A DNA stretch of 64,000 bases from Spirochaetia bacterium (GTDB taxonomy: Bacteria > Spirochaetota > Spirochaetia > UBA9216): positions 3,200,001-3,264,000 of the forward strand of contig OY776510.1 in the NCBI GenBank assembly GCA_963675665.1, read 5' to 3'. The position numbers were made by a program, and so were the translations under genes. Shown here one piece after another: positions 40,903-49,794 of the stretch. The first letter of the stretch is position 1. The number at the start of each line of letters is the position of its first letter. Below the pieces are notes generated by a model, which made no database searches, was not told the DNA's origin, and saw nothing but the letters and a program-made list of their open reading frames with translations.

Positions 40903-41257
40903 AAAAGACGCAGATCAACAGGTGTTGGATACAGCTGTAGTACTGGAAGAACATAAAGCTCAGAACATTGCTGCAATCAATATAAGTGAATTAAACAGCT
41001 GGACTGATTATTTTATTATTGCAACTGTAACCAGTCAGGGGCATATGCGCGGTTTACTCAGAAACCTGAGAGCATATCTTAACGAACAGGGTATCGAATA
41101 TAAAAACAGATACAAGCATATTGATGATTATTCCTGGCTCTTTATTGATTGCGGCTTTATGGTTATACACCTGATGGATGAAGAAACCAGGGAATTCTAT
41201 GATCTCGAGAAATTGTGGTTTAACGGCATAAAGGTTTATTCGTCGAAATCTTCGTAA
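40880..41257 (+). CDS. rsfS: Ribosome silencing factor
   Basis: DYFIIAT, WLFIDCG..VIHLM...REFYDLEKLW. Confidence 0.93.
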   Translation: MEDTVKNKKDADQQVLDTAVVLEEHKAQNIAAINISELNSWTDYFIIATVTSQGHMRGLLRNLRAYLNEQGIEYKNRYKHIDDYSWLFIDCGFMVIHLMDEETREFYDLEKLWFNGIKVYSSKSS

Positions 41258-41532
41258 TCAAACCCGCTGTCGTAATCGAGTTCTTCATCTTCTTCGAAAT
41301 CGTCAAAATCATCGGAATCGTCTTCAAATGTTTCATTTAAGATTTCATCGTCGATATCTTCTTCCAGCTCATCTTCATCATCGATAATCTCTTCTTCATC
41401 GAATTCGTCGTATTCTTCGTCGTACTCAGAATCGTAGTTGTCAAAGTTATCTTCATAGAAGTCGTCATCATCGTGATAACGATCATCAAAATCATCATCA
41501 CCGGCGTAGAAATAACCTTTTCCTCCTGACAT
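41236..41532 (-). CDS. Small, extremely acidic low-complexity protein
   Basis: GGAG SD before ATG 41532; own promoter TTGACA-N18-TAGACT (41563-41592); about 54 of 98 residues are D/E. Confidence 0.7.
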   Translation of the reverse strand: MSGGKGYFYAGDDDFDDRYHDDDDFYEDNFDNYDSEYDEEYDEFDEEEIIDDEDELEEDIDDEILNETFEDDSDDFDDFEEDEELDYDSGFDYEDFDE

Positions 41533-41613
41533 CGCACTCTCCAAAAAAATGTTTACAATAACAGTCTAAGTAGAAGCCTAAGCAGTTGTCAACATATTTC
41601 AACAGTAAATATA

Positions 41614-42081
41614 CTAATTTGTCAATCCTACAAATAAACCTATATCACCAAATTGTCCGGATATCTTAATGATTGCGGTAGAACTGTACGAATTCATGCT
41701 GATAAATATATTGTCGCCTTTTATTATCGTTGGCGGCGTAATATCAGTATCAAGATTGTTTTCAGAAAGTTTAATTGTAGTACGTCCGCCAAGCTGATTT
41801 AATAGTTCTGCAAAAGTTTCCCTGAACATCGGATCCGTATGGTTGATGTTCTGCTCCATTCCCATATTGCTGAAAAGCTCCTGAACAAGTCTTTCTGCTG
41901 TATCAAGCCGTGCATACAGAATCAGGTGACCGTGTACCTCACCTGCAATACCTATTGTGGCAGTGATATTGGTTTTATCAAAAGACACGGAATCTGAATT
42001 CGCTGCAATACTGCTGAGGCCGTTTTCCCTGAAAACTTCTTCACAAGCTTCTTCTATAAGAATTATGTTGCTTTCACTCAT
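41614..42081 (-). CDS. cheX: CheX-family phosphatase (orphan)
   Basis: IGIAGEVHG, ExxN motif (ELLN), DITPPTII.G. Confidence 0.8.
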   Translation of the reverse strand: MSESNIILIEEACEEVFRENGLSSIAANSDSVSFDKTNITATIGIAGEVHGHLILYARLDTAERLVQELFSNMGMEQNINHTDPMFRETFAELLNQLGGRTTIKLSENNLDTDITPPTIIKGDNIFISMNSYSSTAIIKISGQFGDIGLFVGLTN

Positions 42082-42161
42082 AACCGAAGTATAAAAAAAA
42101 GCCCAAAGCAATGCAAGAATAATAAACATTAAAAACAAAAATTATCAGCAATTGGCTCTGA

Positions 42162-42189
42162 TTGACAGTATCAATTTTATCAGTATAAT
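42162..42189 (+). promoter_or_regulatory. Sigma70 promoter for ispE-spoVG
   Basis: TTGACA-N16-TATAAT. Confidence 0.75.
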
Positions 42190-42200
42190 ATTCTGACATT

Positions 42201-43082
42201 ATGCATAAGCGTTGTATCCTGAAAGCTCCGGCCAAGCTGAATTTACATCTTCAGGTCGGAGATAAACGAAGTGACGGGTTTCATGATATTATGTCGCTTT
42301 TCATAATGGTTGATATCTATGATGATATCGAAGTTAGTTCTTTGAAAACAGGAAATGATTGCAGGATAATCGGAAGCTTTGATTGTGCTTTGAAAGATAA
42401 TCTGATATATCGGGCATGGAAAGAATTTTGTAATATCTCCGGTATTACCTGCGGAGCAGAATTCATTGTTGAAAAGCGAATTCCAAGTTTTGCAGGCCTT
42501 GGTGGTGGTTCTTCTGATGCGGCAGCGGCATTGACAGCATTAAATATGCTGTTCGAATACCCGTTAAGTGATGATGAACTGATTGAGACGGGAGCCCGGG
42601 CAGGAAGTGATGTGCCGTTTTTTTTATCCTCGGCAGCTGCGGTTGTAAGCGGCAGAGGGGACGAGGTTGAGCCCGTAACGGATATTAGGACCCTTGATTT
42701 TGTGGTTGTTAACCCGGGAATTGAAGTTTCTACATCGGAAGCCTATGCATGGCTGGATAAACAGGAACTGAAAAGAGCCGGATTCAAAACTGGTAATGAG
42801 ATCAGCAGGATATTCAATGGAGATCTGAAGGGATTTGCAGAATACACGAATGATTTCGGGGTTGAACTGGAAAAACGTTATCCGGTGTTTAATGAAGTTT
42901 TTGATCAGCTGTATGAGAACGGTGCAGTTTACTGCAACGTTAGCGGAAGCGGTTCTGCTGTATATGGACTGTTTGAAAACGAAAATACGGCCGGATTCGC
43001 AGCAAAATCGCTGGAAAATAGATATAAATTCGTACAAAAAATAAAATCGCTTGATAGAATTCCATATGCCATATTAGAATAA
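42201..43082 (+). CDS. ispE: 4-diphosphocytidyl-2-C-methyl-D-erythritol kinase
   Basis: APAKLNL, DGFH, AGLGGGSSDAA, GSDVPFF, SGSGS. Confidence 0.96.
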   Translation: MHKRCILKAPAKLNLHLQVGDKRSDGFHDIMSLFIMVDIYDDIEVSSLKTGNDCRIIGSFDCALKDNLIYRAWKEFCNISGITCGAEFIVEKRIPSFAGLGGGSSDAAAALTALNMLFEYPLSDDELIETGARAGSDVPFFLSSAAAVVSGRGDEVEPVTDIRTLDFVVVNPGIEVSTSEAYAWLDKQELKRAGFKTGNEISRIFNGDLKGFAEYTNDFGVELEKRYPVFNEVFDQLYENGAVYCNVSGSGSAVYGLFENENTAGFAAKSLENRYKFVQKIKSLDRIPYAILE

Positions 43083-43117
43083 CAGTGCCTGAATAATGTA
43101 CAAGCAAGGAGAGGTAT

Positions 43118-43408
43118 ATGGACATTACAGATATCCGTATTCGGAGGGTCAGTGCAGATGGTAAATTACGCGCTTATGTAACCGTTACATTTGAAGACTG
43201 TTTCGTTATTCATAATGTTAAAGTTATTGAAGGAAAGAACGGAGCATTTATCGCTATGCCAAGCAGAAAGACGAAGACCGGAGAATACAAAGATGTTGCA
43301 CACCCTATAAACTCTGATTTTCGAGGGCTTCTCCAGAAGAGAATACTTGAGGAATATGAAAAATCACTGGAAGATGATTCTACAGTGATGATAAATTCTG
43401 AAGAGTAG
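43118..43408 (+). CDS. spoVG: SpoVG nucleic-acid-binding regulator
   Basis: [36 protein letters not shown]. Confidence 0.96.
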   Translation: MDITDIRIRRVSADGKLRAYVTVTFEDCFVIHNVKVIEGKNGAFIAMPSRKTKTGEYKDVAHPINSDFRGLLQKRILEEYEKSLEDDSTVMINSEE

Positions 43409-43485
43409 CTGACCGATTTTAAAAAAATAAAGTTATCCTCATTAAATTAGGTTTTTCTGATATCATTACCTGAGCAAAAAAAGAT

Positions 43486-43558
43486 TGGGACGTCGGCAAG
43501 CGGTTAAGCCTCCGGTTTTTGGAGCCGGTATACGCAGGTTCGAATCCTGCCGTCCCAG
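43486..43558 (+). tRNA. tRNA-Gln (TTG)
   Basis: TGGGACG/CGTCCCA acceptor stem, CCGGT-TT-TTG-GA-GCCGG anticodon arm, GGTTCGAATCC. Confidence 0.95.
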
Positions 43559-43602
43559 GAAAAAATTTAAGATGAATACAAGACGGGAAAGGAGTGCCTT
43601 AA

Positions 43603-44235
43603 ATGGACGACAACAAAACGCTAAGTGCGGAAATAAGAAATGAATTAAAAAAGAGCGGTGCAAAAAAAGTAAGAAAAAGCGGGAAAATACCTGCTGTAAT
43701 TTACGGACACAATGAACCGCTGAACGTTTCTGTCGATGAAAAGGAATTTGTCAAAAAGTTTGAAAAGATTTCTGAGAACACAATCATTACCATAAACATT
43801 GACAAAAACAGCTACGATGTTCTTGTGAAGAACTATCAGGACGATATTCTTACAAGCAAGATAAAGCATATCGATTTTTTTGAGATAGAGAAAGGAAAAA
43901 CTCTTAAAACCAACATTCCTGTTCATATTGAAGGGAATGCAAAGGGTGCAAGAGAAGGCGGGCTTCTTGAAGTCAGACTTCATGAGCTTGAAGTAGAGTG
44001 TCTGCCGAAAGATATACCTGAAAAAATTGTAATTGATGTTGCCGAGCTGGAAGCGGGCGAAGCTATCCACGTTGCGGATGTTGAAGTGCCCGAAGGCGTT
44101 AAAATTCTGAACATGCTTGAACAGACAGTGGTTTCCGTTACTATTGTCAAGCAGGAAATTGAAGAACCTGAAAAAGGTGAAGAAGATATTGATGTTGAAG
44201 CAGCAGAAGAGGGCGACGAAGCCGACGAAGAATAG
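43603..44235 (+). CDS. rplY: 50S ribosomal protein L25 / Ctc
   Basis: IPAVIYG, HIDF, GAREGG, CLPKDIPE, acidic tail. Confidence 0.95.
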   Translation: MDDNKTLSAEIRNELKKSGAKKVRKSGKIPAVIYGHNEPLNVSVDEKEFVKKFEKISENTIITINIDKNSYDVLVKNYQDDILTSKIKHIDFFEIEKGKTLKTNIPVHIEGNAKGAREGGLLEVRLHELEVECLPKDIPEKIVIDVAELEAGEAIHVADVEVPEGVKILNMLEQTVVSVTIVKQEIEEPEKGEEDIDVEAAEEGDEADEE

Positions 44236-44242
44236 CAAAAAG

Positions 44243-44812
44243 CTGTTAATTGTCGGTCTCGGTAATCCGGGAGAACAATACCGCGAAACAAGGCATAACG
44301 CCGGTTTCGCGGTTATTGATTTTTTATCTCAAAGATTCAATATCAGTCTGCGGAAGATCTTTTTAAAGCCGGTTGAAATCGGTAAAATCCAAAAACAGGA
44401 CGCCGAAATATTTCTCGTAAAACCCATGACCTATATGAACCGTTCCGGTGATATACTGGAATATGTAATGAAAAAAACCGGAACGAATCTGAAGGATTTT
44501 GTGCTTGTTTGCGACAATATGGATCTGAAACCGGGAGTAATACGGTTAAAGAAAAAGGGATCATCTGCAGGCCATAACGGGATAAAATCGGTAATAGACA
44601 GGCTGGAGACGCCTGATTTTGCCCGATTGTACATTGGCGTCGGAAGAAGCTTAAACGGTGAAAGCGTAGTAGAGCATGTTCTTGGATGTTTCAGTCCCGA
44701 AGAGCAGAAATTGTTTTCGTATTCAGTTCAGGAAGCTGCGGAAGCTTTATTGTCTTTGTCAGGGAAATCTGTTATCCAGGTGATGAATGAGATCAATAAA
44801 AAAAACAGTTGA
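44243..44812 (+). CDS. pth: Peptidyl-tRNA hydrolase (start uncertain: CTG 44243 or ATG 44192)
   Basis: GLGNPG, TRHNAGF, KPMTYMNRSG, GHNGIKS. Confidence 0.93.
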   Translation: MLIVGLGNPGEQYRETRHNAGFAVIDFLSQRFNISLRKIFLKPVEIGKIQKQDAEIFLVKPMTYMNRSGDILEYVMKKTGTNLKDFVLVCDNMDLKPGVIRLKKKGSSAGHNGIKSVIDRLETPDFARLYIGVGRSLNGESVVEHVLGCFSPEEQKLFSYSVQEAAEALLSLSGKSVIQVMNEINKKNS

Positions 44813-46193
44813 AGAAAAAGTAATAACCTATCTTGAAAAAAACAGAATAGAAAAAGACAGCGATATTATAGTTGCTTTTTCAGCCGGACCCGATTCAACT
44901 GTACTTTTAGCTGTTTTATCTGACGTTTACGGATACAATTTTACAATTACGGCATTATATTTTAACCATAACCTGAGGCCGATGAAAGAACTTGAGAATG
45001 AAATCTTGTGTGCTGAAAAAACTGCCGAAAGTCTTGGAGTAAGGCTTATAACGGGAACCGCAGGAGCCGGTGAAATCAGGCGGGATGCGGCTGAAAGAAA
45101 TTCCGGAATTGAAGAAGCCGCCCGGGATGCGCGTTATCGGTTTTTTTACAAAATAAAAGAAGAAATGAATGCTGATTACATCGCCGTCGGACATAATCTG
45201 GATGATAATGCCGAAACCATGCTGATGCGGTTTCTGCAGAACAGCGGAACGGGCGGTTTATCGGGAATCCCGGAGAAACGCGGTTGTATAATAAGACCTT
45301 TGTGTAATATCAGCAGAAGCCAAATAGAGCAGTATCTTGACGAGTCCGGGCTTGATTACAGCAGAGACAGTACAAATTCCGAAAAAGACTTTATGCGAAA
45401 CCGGATTCGGCATGAAGTTGTGCCGATCATCAGGGGAATTTTCCCGGAATTTGATGAAAGCATGCATGCTCTTTCTGACAAGATAAAGCTGGACAACAGC
45501 TTTATCGATGAGGAAACTGCAAAAAGAATTATATGGAAACCGGCAGAAGAAGGCTGGAAGACCTCTTTGGATGTTTTTTACCGGCAGCATGAATCGTTAA
45601 AAATACGGAGCCTTTTTTCAATCCTTAATAAAATGAATGTAGGCGGCAGAATCAGTTCAAGGGCTTTGAAAAATGCTGTTTCGGTACCGGCAGGCAACGG
45701 TAAATCGCTTTTAACTGTTTCCGGGATAGAAGTCTATACTGCCGCAGGATTTATTTTTGCCCGAAGGCTTGTAAATCGCAATAAAAAAAGTTATCTTTTA
45801 TACCTGAAACCCGGAAAAAAATGCTCGGTTTCAGGACAGAATTTTATTATATTCAACAAAGACCATTCAAGTTATCCTGCAGACGGAATGAAATGCATGG
45901 TGCTTGAAGCTGCGAATAGTTCGCCCCTGGTTTTACGTTCATGCCGCAGCGGTGATGTCATTAAAACAGCAAGCGGCACGAAAAGCCTGAAGAAGCTTTT
46001 CAATGACTGGAAAATCGATAGCGGCGATAGATATAGAGTGCCAATAATTGAGGATGTAAGAGGTATTACGGCAGTTGTTGGAGAGCATCTTGGATATGAA
46101 AATATAAAAGCCTGCGGATTAACAAATCAAAATATCAGGCTGAAAAAAATCCTGCTGTTTTACAGCAGTGATACGGAGACAACTTGTGAGTGA
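44787..46193 (+). CDS. tilS: tRNA(Ile)-lysidine synthetase
   Basis: AFSAGPDS, EEAARDARY, HNLDDNAET, RNRIR. Confidence 0.95.
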   Translation: MRSIKKTVEEKVITYLEKNRIEKDSDIIVAFSAGPDSTVLLAVLSDVYGYNFTITALYFNHNLRPMKELENEILCAEKTAESLGVRLITGTAGAGEIRRDAAERNSGIEEAARDARYRFFYKIKEEMNADYIAVGHNLDDNAETMLMRFLQNSGTGGLSGIPEKRGCIIRPLCNISRSQIEQYLDESGLDYSRDSTNSEKDFMRNRIRHEVVPIIRGIFPEFDESMHALSDKIKLDNSFIDEETAKRIIWKPAEEGWKTSLDVFYRQHESLKIRSLFSILNKMNVGGRISSRALKNAVSVPAGNGKSLLTVSGIEVYTAAGFIFARRLVNRNKKSYLLYLKPGKKCSVSGQNFIIFNKDHSSYPADGMKCMVLEAANSSPLVLRSCRSGDVIKTASGTKSLKKLFNDWKIDSGDRYRVPIIEDVRGITAVVGEHLGYENIKACGLTNQNIRLKKILLFYSSDTETTCE

Positions 46194-48060
46194 TCAAAAA
46201 GATAATCAACCCGGAAAAGACCCGAAAGGCCGTCCCGGATTCGATTTCAACAATAATAATAAATTCGCGTTATTTTTTCTTGTTTCGCTGATTGTGATGT
46301 TTATAATTCTGTTTATGGTAAACGACCGAAGTGTCGGTACTGATATACCATATTCCACTTTTATAAACTACCTTGAAAGCGGCCAGATTACCGCGGTAAA
46401 AATTTACGACAATAAATCCATACAGGGAACAATGAGAGGGCCGTCCGGACAGAATACCGTTTTTGAAACGGAAATTCCGTATTTTGATGATTACCTGATG
46501 GAAAAACTTCGCACTAACAACGTGATTATTGAGGGTGCGGAACGAAGTACCGGGGCTGCGACAATTTTTATCCAGATTATTCCCTGGGTGATAGGTTTCG
46601 CATTTATCTGGTTTATGCTCAGGCAGATGCAGGGCGGAGGCAACAAGGCTTTTTCGTTCGGCAAAAGCAAGGCTAAAAGATACAACCAGACAGACAACAA
46701 GATTACTTTTAATGATGTTGCCGGTCAGGCAGAGGCCAAGTACGAACTTCAGGAAGTTGTTGATTTTCTCAAAAACCCGGACAAATTCAGGTTGCTCGGC
46801 GCCAGGGTTCCGAAAGGCGTGCTGCTTGTAGGTATGCCCGGTACCGGAAAAACGCTGCTTGCAAAAGCCGCTGCAGGAGAGGCCGGAGTAAATTTCTTTC
46901 ATATGTCGGGGTCCGATTTCGTAGAGATGTTTGTAGGAGTAGGCGCCAGCCGGGTGCGCGATCTTTTTGACCAGGGCCGGAAAAATGCGCCGTGCATTCT
47001 GTTTATTGACGAGCTGGATGCGGTTGGTCGCACAAGGGGCGCCGGTTACGGCGGAGGCCACGACGAGAGGGAACAGACGCTGAACCAGATGCTTGTTGAA
47101 ATGGACGGTTTCGATACAAAAGACGGGGTTATGATACTTGCGGCAACCAACCGGCCCGACGTACTTGATCCGGCTTTGCTGAGGCCCGGACGTTTCGACC
47201 GTCAGGTGGTAGTTGATATGCCTGATCTAAATGAGCGGAAAGCAATACTTACTATTCATGCCAAGAAAATTCAGCTTGAAAATGATGTTGATCTTGAAAA
47301 AATTGCCAGGTCAACTCCGGGAACCTCCGGCGCAGACCTTGCCAATCTTGTAAATGAAGCGGCGCTTTTTGCCGGCAGACAGGGGAGCGACAAGGTTTCG
47401 AGTCATAATTTCGAAGAGGCAAGAGACAAAATACTGCTTGGTGTTGCACGAACCTCAAGGGTTATTTCACCAGAGGAGAAACGTGCGACTGCATATCATG
47501 AAGCAGGGCATGCATTACTCCATTATCATCTTGAATATGCTGATCCTCTTCATAAAGTCACAGTTATCCCGCATGGCCAGGCCCTTGGGCTTGCGCTTTC
47601 TTTGCCGGAAAAGGATTCATACTCGAAAAGGAAAGGGTGGCTGCTTGACCGGATAAAAATAGCTATGGGCGGATATATTGCCGAAAAGCTTGAATATGGC
47701 GAGACAACAACCGGCACAAAAAACGATATAGAACAGGCAACCAAGCTGGCCAGGCGGATGGTGACAGAATGGGGTATGTCGGAAAAGGTGGGATTCGTAT
47801 CGTACGGTGCGGAAGACGAGCCCATATTCATAGGAAAGGAAATTGCACAGCATAAAGATTACTCGGAAGCGACCGCTAAAACCATAGATTCTGAAATAAA
47901 CGCTATTCTGTCGGGTTGTCTTAAAGAAACTGAAGAAATTCTGGATAAAAACAGAAACCAGCTTGATACGCTTGCGGAAGCGCTGGTCAGGGAAGAAACC
48001 CTTGATGATGCAAGAATACGCGAACTGCTTAATCTTCCGTCAGCAAAACAGGCTGGATGA
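46186..48060 (+). CDS. ftsH: ATP-dependent zinc metalloprotease FtsH
   Basis: 2 TMs, [20 protein letters not shown]; GTG 46186 after GGAG. Confidence 0.98.
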   Translation: MSDQKDNQPGKDPKGRPGFDFNNNNKFALFFLVSLIVMFIILFMVNDRSVGTDIPYSTFINYLESGQITAVKIYDNKSIQGTMRGPSGQNTVFETEIPYFDDYLMEKLRTNNVIIEGAERSTGAATIFIQIIPWVIGFAFIWFMLRQMQGGGNKAFSFGKSKAKRYNQTDNKITFNDVAGQAEAKYELQEVVDFLKNPDKFRLLGARVPKGVLLVGMPGTGKTLLAKAAAGEAGVNFFHMSGSDFVEMFVGVGASRVRDLFDQGRKNAPCILFIDELDAVGRTRGAGYGGGHDEREQTLNQMLVEMDGFDTKDGVMILAATNRPDVLDPALLRPGRFDRQVVVDMPDLNERKAILTIHAKKIQLENDVDLEKIARSTPGTSGADLANLVNEAALFAGRQGSDKVSSHNFEEARDKILLGVARTSRVISPEEKRATAYHEAGHALLHYHLEYADPLHKVTVIPHGQALGLALSLPEKDSYSKRKGWLLDRIKIAMGGYIAEKLEYGETTTGTKNDIEQATKLARRMVTEWGMSEKVGFVSYGAEDEPIFIGKEIAQHKDYSEATAKTIDSEINAILSGCLKETEEILDKNRNQLDTLAEALVREETLDDARIRELLNLPSAKQAG

Positions 48061-48117
48061 TGAATTTATGATTCACAGTTAATCCCTTCATGAGCCGATA
48101 ATCATAGGGGGTTTTAT

Positions 48118-49791
48118 ATGAGAGGCATCAGTAAACTTGTTTGGGCGGCATTATTTATCTGCATGATAACTGCATCAGTATCGGCTTATAACGATATGGA
48201 TCGCAGAATAGGAATCGTGTATATGAAAAATGCCGCAGCTTATTATTTGAACGGTCAATACAGGCAGGCTGAAGAGTTTCTTGAAAAAGCAAAAGAATTT
48301 TATACTGATTCTTCAGATTATGAATACATAAAAGGCCTTATAAAACTGGAAAGCAAAAATGATCTTAACGCAGCTGCAGAGAATTTTAGGGATGCCGTTG
48401 AATTTGACAACTGGATATTGCTTGAAAGAAAAGAATGTATTACAGACTATGCACGAATCCTGTTCAGAAAAAAACAGTATGATGAACTGATAACCCTCGT
48501 TGAAAATAACGCATACCCTGATTTCAAGGATAACGATCTGATGTATCTTTATCTTTTAAGTCTTAAATACAGAAAACAGGATGTAAAATATCGTGATATT
48601 CTTGAGTTAAGTATAAACAGATATCATAACGATTACCGGTTCGGTTTATTATATGTTAACGAAAGCTCACTATACAGGAATAAAATACTTAACGGCGAAT
48701 ATGTTTTTAAAAATGAAGAAGGCAGAATGCAGGTTTACCTTGAATCTGTTAAAAATCTTGAAGACGGGACAAGAAAAATTACAGCGCTTGAGCAGTACTT
48801 TTCAATGGGAGGAAAGGATCTTTCCGCAAAAATTGAATATATGCGCTTAACCGGAGAAACTGACGAGGGGAAAATTCAGGAGTTGATATCGGCAAACCTT
48901 TTAAGCAACCCGTTCAACAGATTAAGACTTATAAATATTTTACCGCAGAACGAACTGAGAAAGGTTGTTGAGAATGCATATACAGAATATACAGGAAACA
49001 TCTATTACGACCTTAATAATGACGGATATTTTGAAGAACTTCACCTGTATGAGAACGGAAAGCCCGCAGGCATAAGTATTGATAATAATCAGGATGGGGT
49101 TATCGAGGTTATGATTATCTTTGAGAAAGGTCAACCTCTAGAATTGATTTTAACTACCGATAAATTTATCAGATTCTCATATGACGGGTATCCGGTGCTT
49201 CAGGAGATGAGTATTGCGGACGAAAACGGGAATACTGTCTATACTTTTATTAAAGAAAGAATGGCTCTTCCTGTTTATTCATTCAGGGAATATGATGATA
49301 AATTGATGTTTGATAACGATATAGTAAATGATTTTACAAATGATATGGAAACTGTCAGCAAAAACTCAGTCCGGATTGCAGTTTATTCAGGTGCGGGTAT
49401 TACAAACGGCTGGGGTGATTTAAAAGAAGAACTTGAAAGAAGAGATGAAAATACTGCAATATTGAAAATATATAATAACCTTATGGGAAATTATATTTAC
49501 AAGCAGTTTAAAGATAAGAAAACAATCGGTTTCGGAGATATAGATTTCGACAATATTATCGATTTAAGAGAAATATATTCCGATGGTGAACTTGTTTCAA
49601 TTGAAGCGGATGATAACAAAAACGGCAGATATGATTATAAAATCTCTTTTGAAGATGAACAGATTGTATCCTGGTGGGATTTTAATGAAGACGGCATCTA
49701 TGATTGCAGACAATATGAAAAAAATGGTGTACTAATTAATGAGTATTCTTCCGGGTTTGACGGGAATTTTGATATCATCGAAAGGAATTGA
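48118..49791 (+). CDS. Exported protein with TPR-like N-terminus and repeated DxDxDG-type motifs
   Basis: Signal peptide (VSA), helical repeats, DLNNDG, DNNQDG, DIDFDN, DDNKNG, DFNEDG. Confidence 0.65.
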   Translation: MRGISKLVWAALFICMITASVSAYNDMDRRIGIVYMKNAAAYYLNGQYRQAEEFLEKAKEFYTDSSDYEYIKGLIKLESKNDLNAAAENFRDAVEFDNWILLERKECITDYARILFRKKQYDELITLVENNAYPDFKDNDLMYLYLLSLKYRKQDVKYRDILELSINRYHNDYRFGLLYVNESSLYRNKILNGEYVFKNEEGRMQVYLESVKNLEDGTRKITALEQYFSMGGKDLSAKIEYMRLTGETDEGKIQELISANLLSNPFNRLRLINILPQNELRKVVENAYTEYTGNIYYDLNNDGYFEELHLYENGKPAGISIDNNQDGVIEVMIIFEKGQPLELILTTDKFIRFSYDGYPVLQEMSIADENGNTVYTFIKERMALPVYSFREYDDKLMFDNDIVNDFTNDMETVSKNSVRIAVYSGAGITNGWGDLKEELERRDENTAILKIYNNLMGNYIYKQFKDKKTIGFGDIDFDNIIDLREIYSDGELVSIEADDNKNGRYDYKISFEDEQIVSWWDFNEDGIYDCRQYEKNGVLINEYSSGFDGNFDIIERN

Positions 49792-49794
49792 TTA

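Noticed and set aside
43558-43603. Missing prs between tRNA-Gln and rplY
   Set aside because: This arrangement is normal for spirochaetes and there is no remnant or scar.
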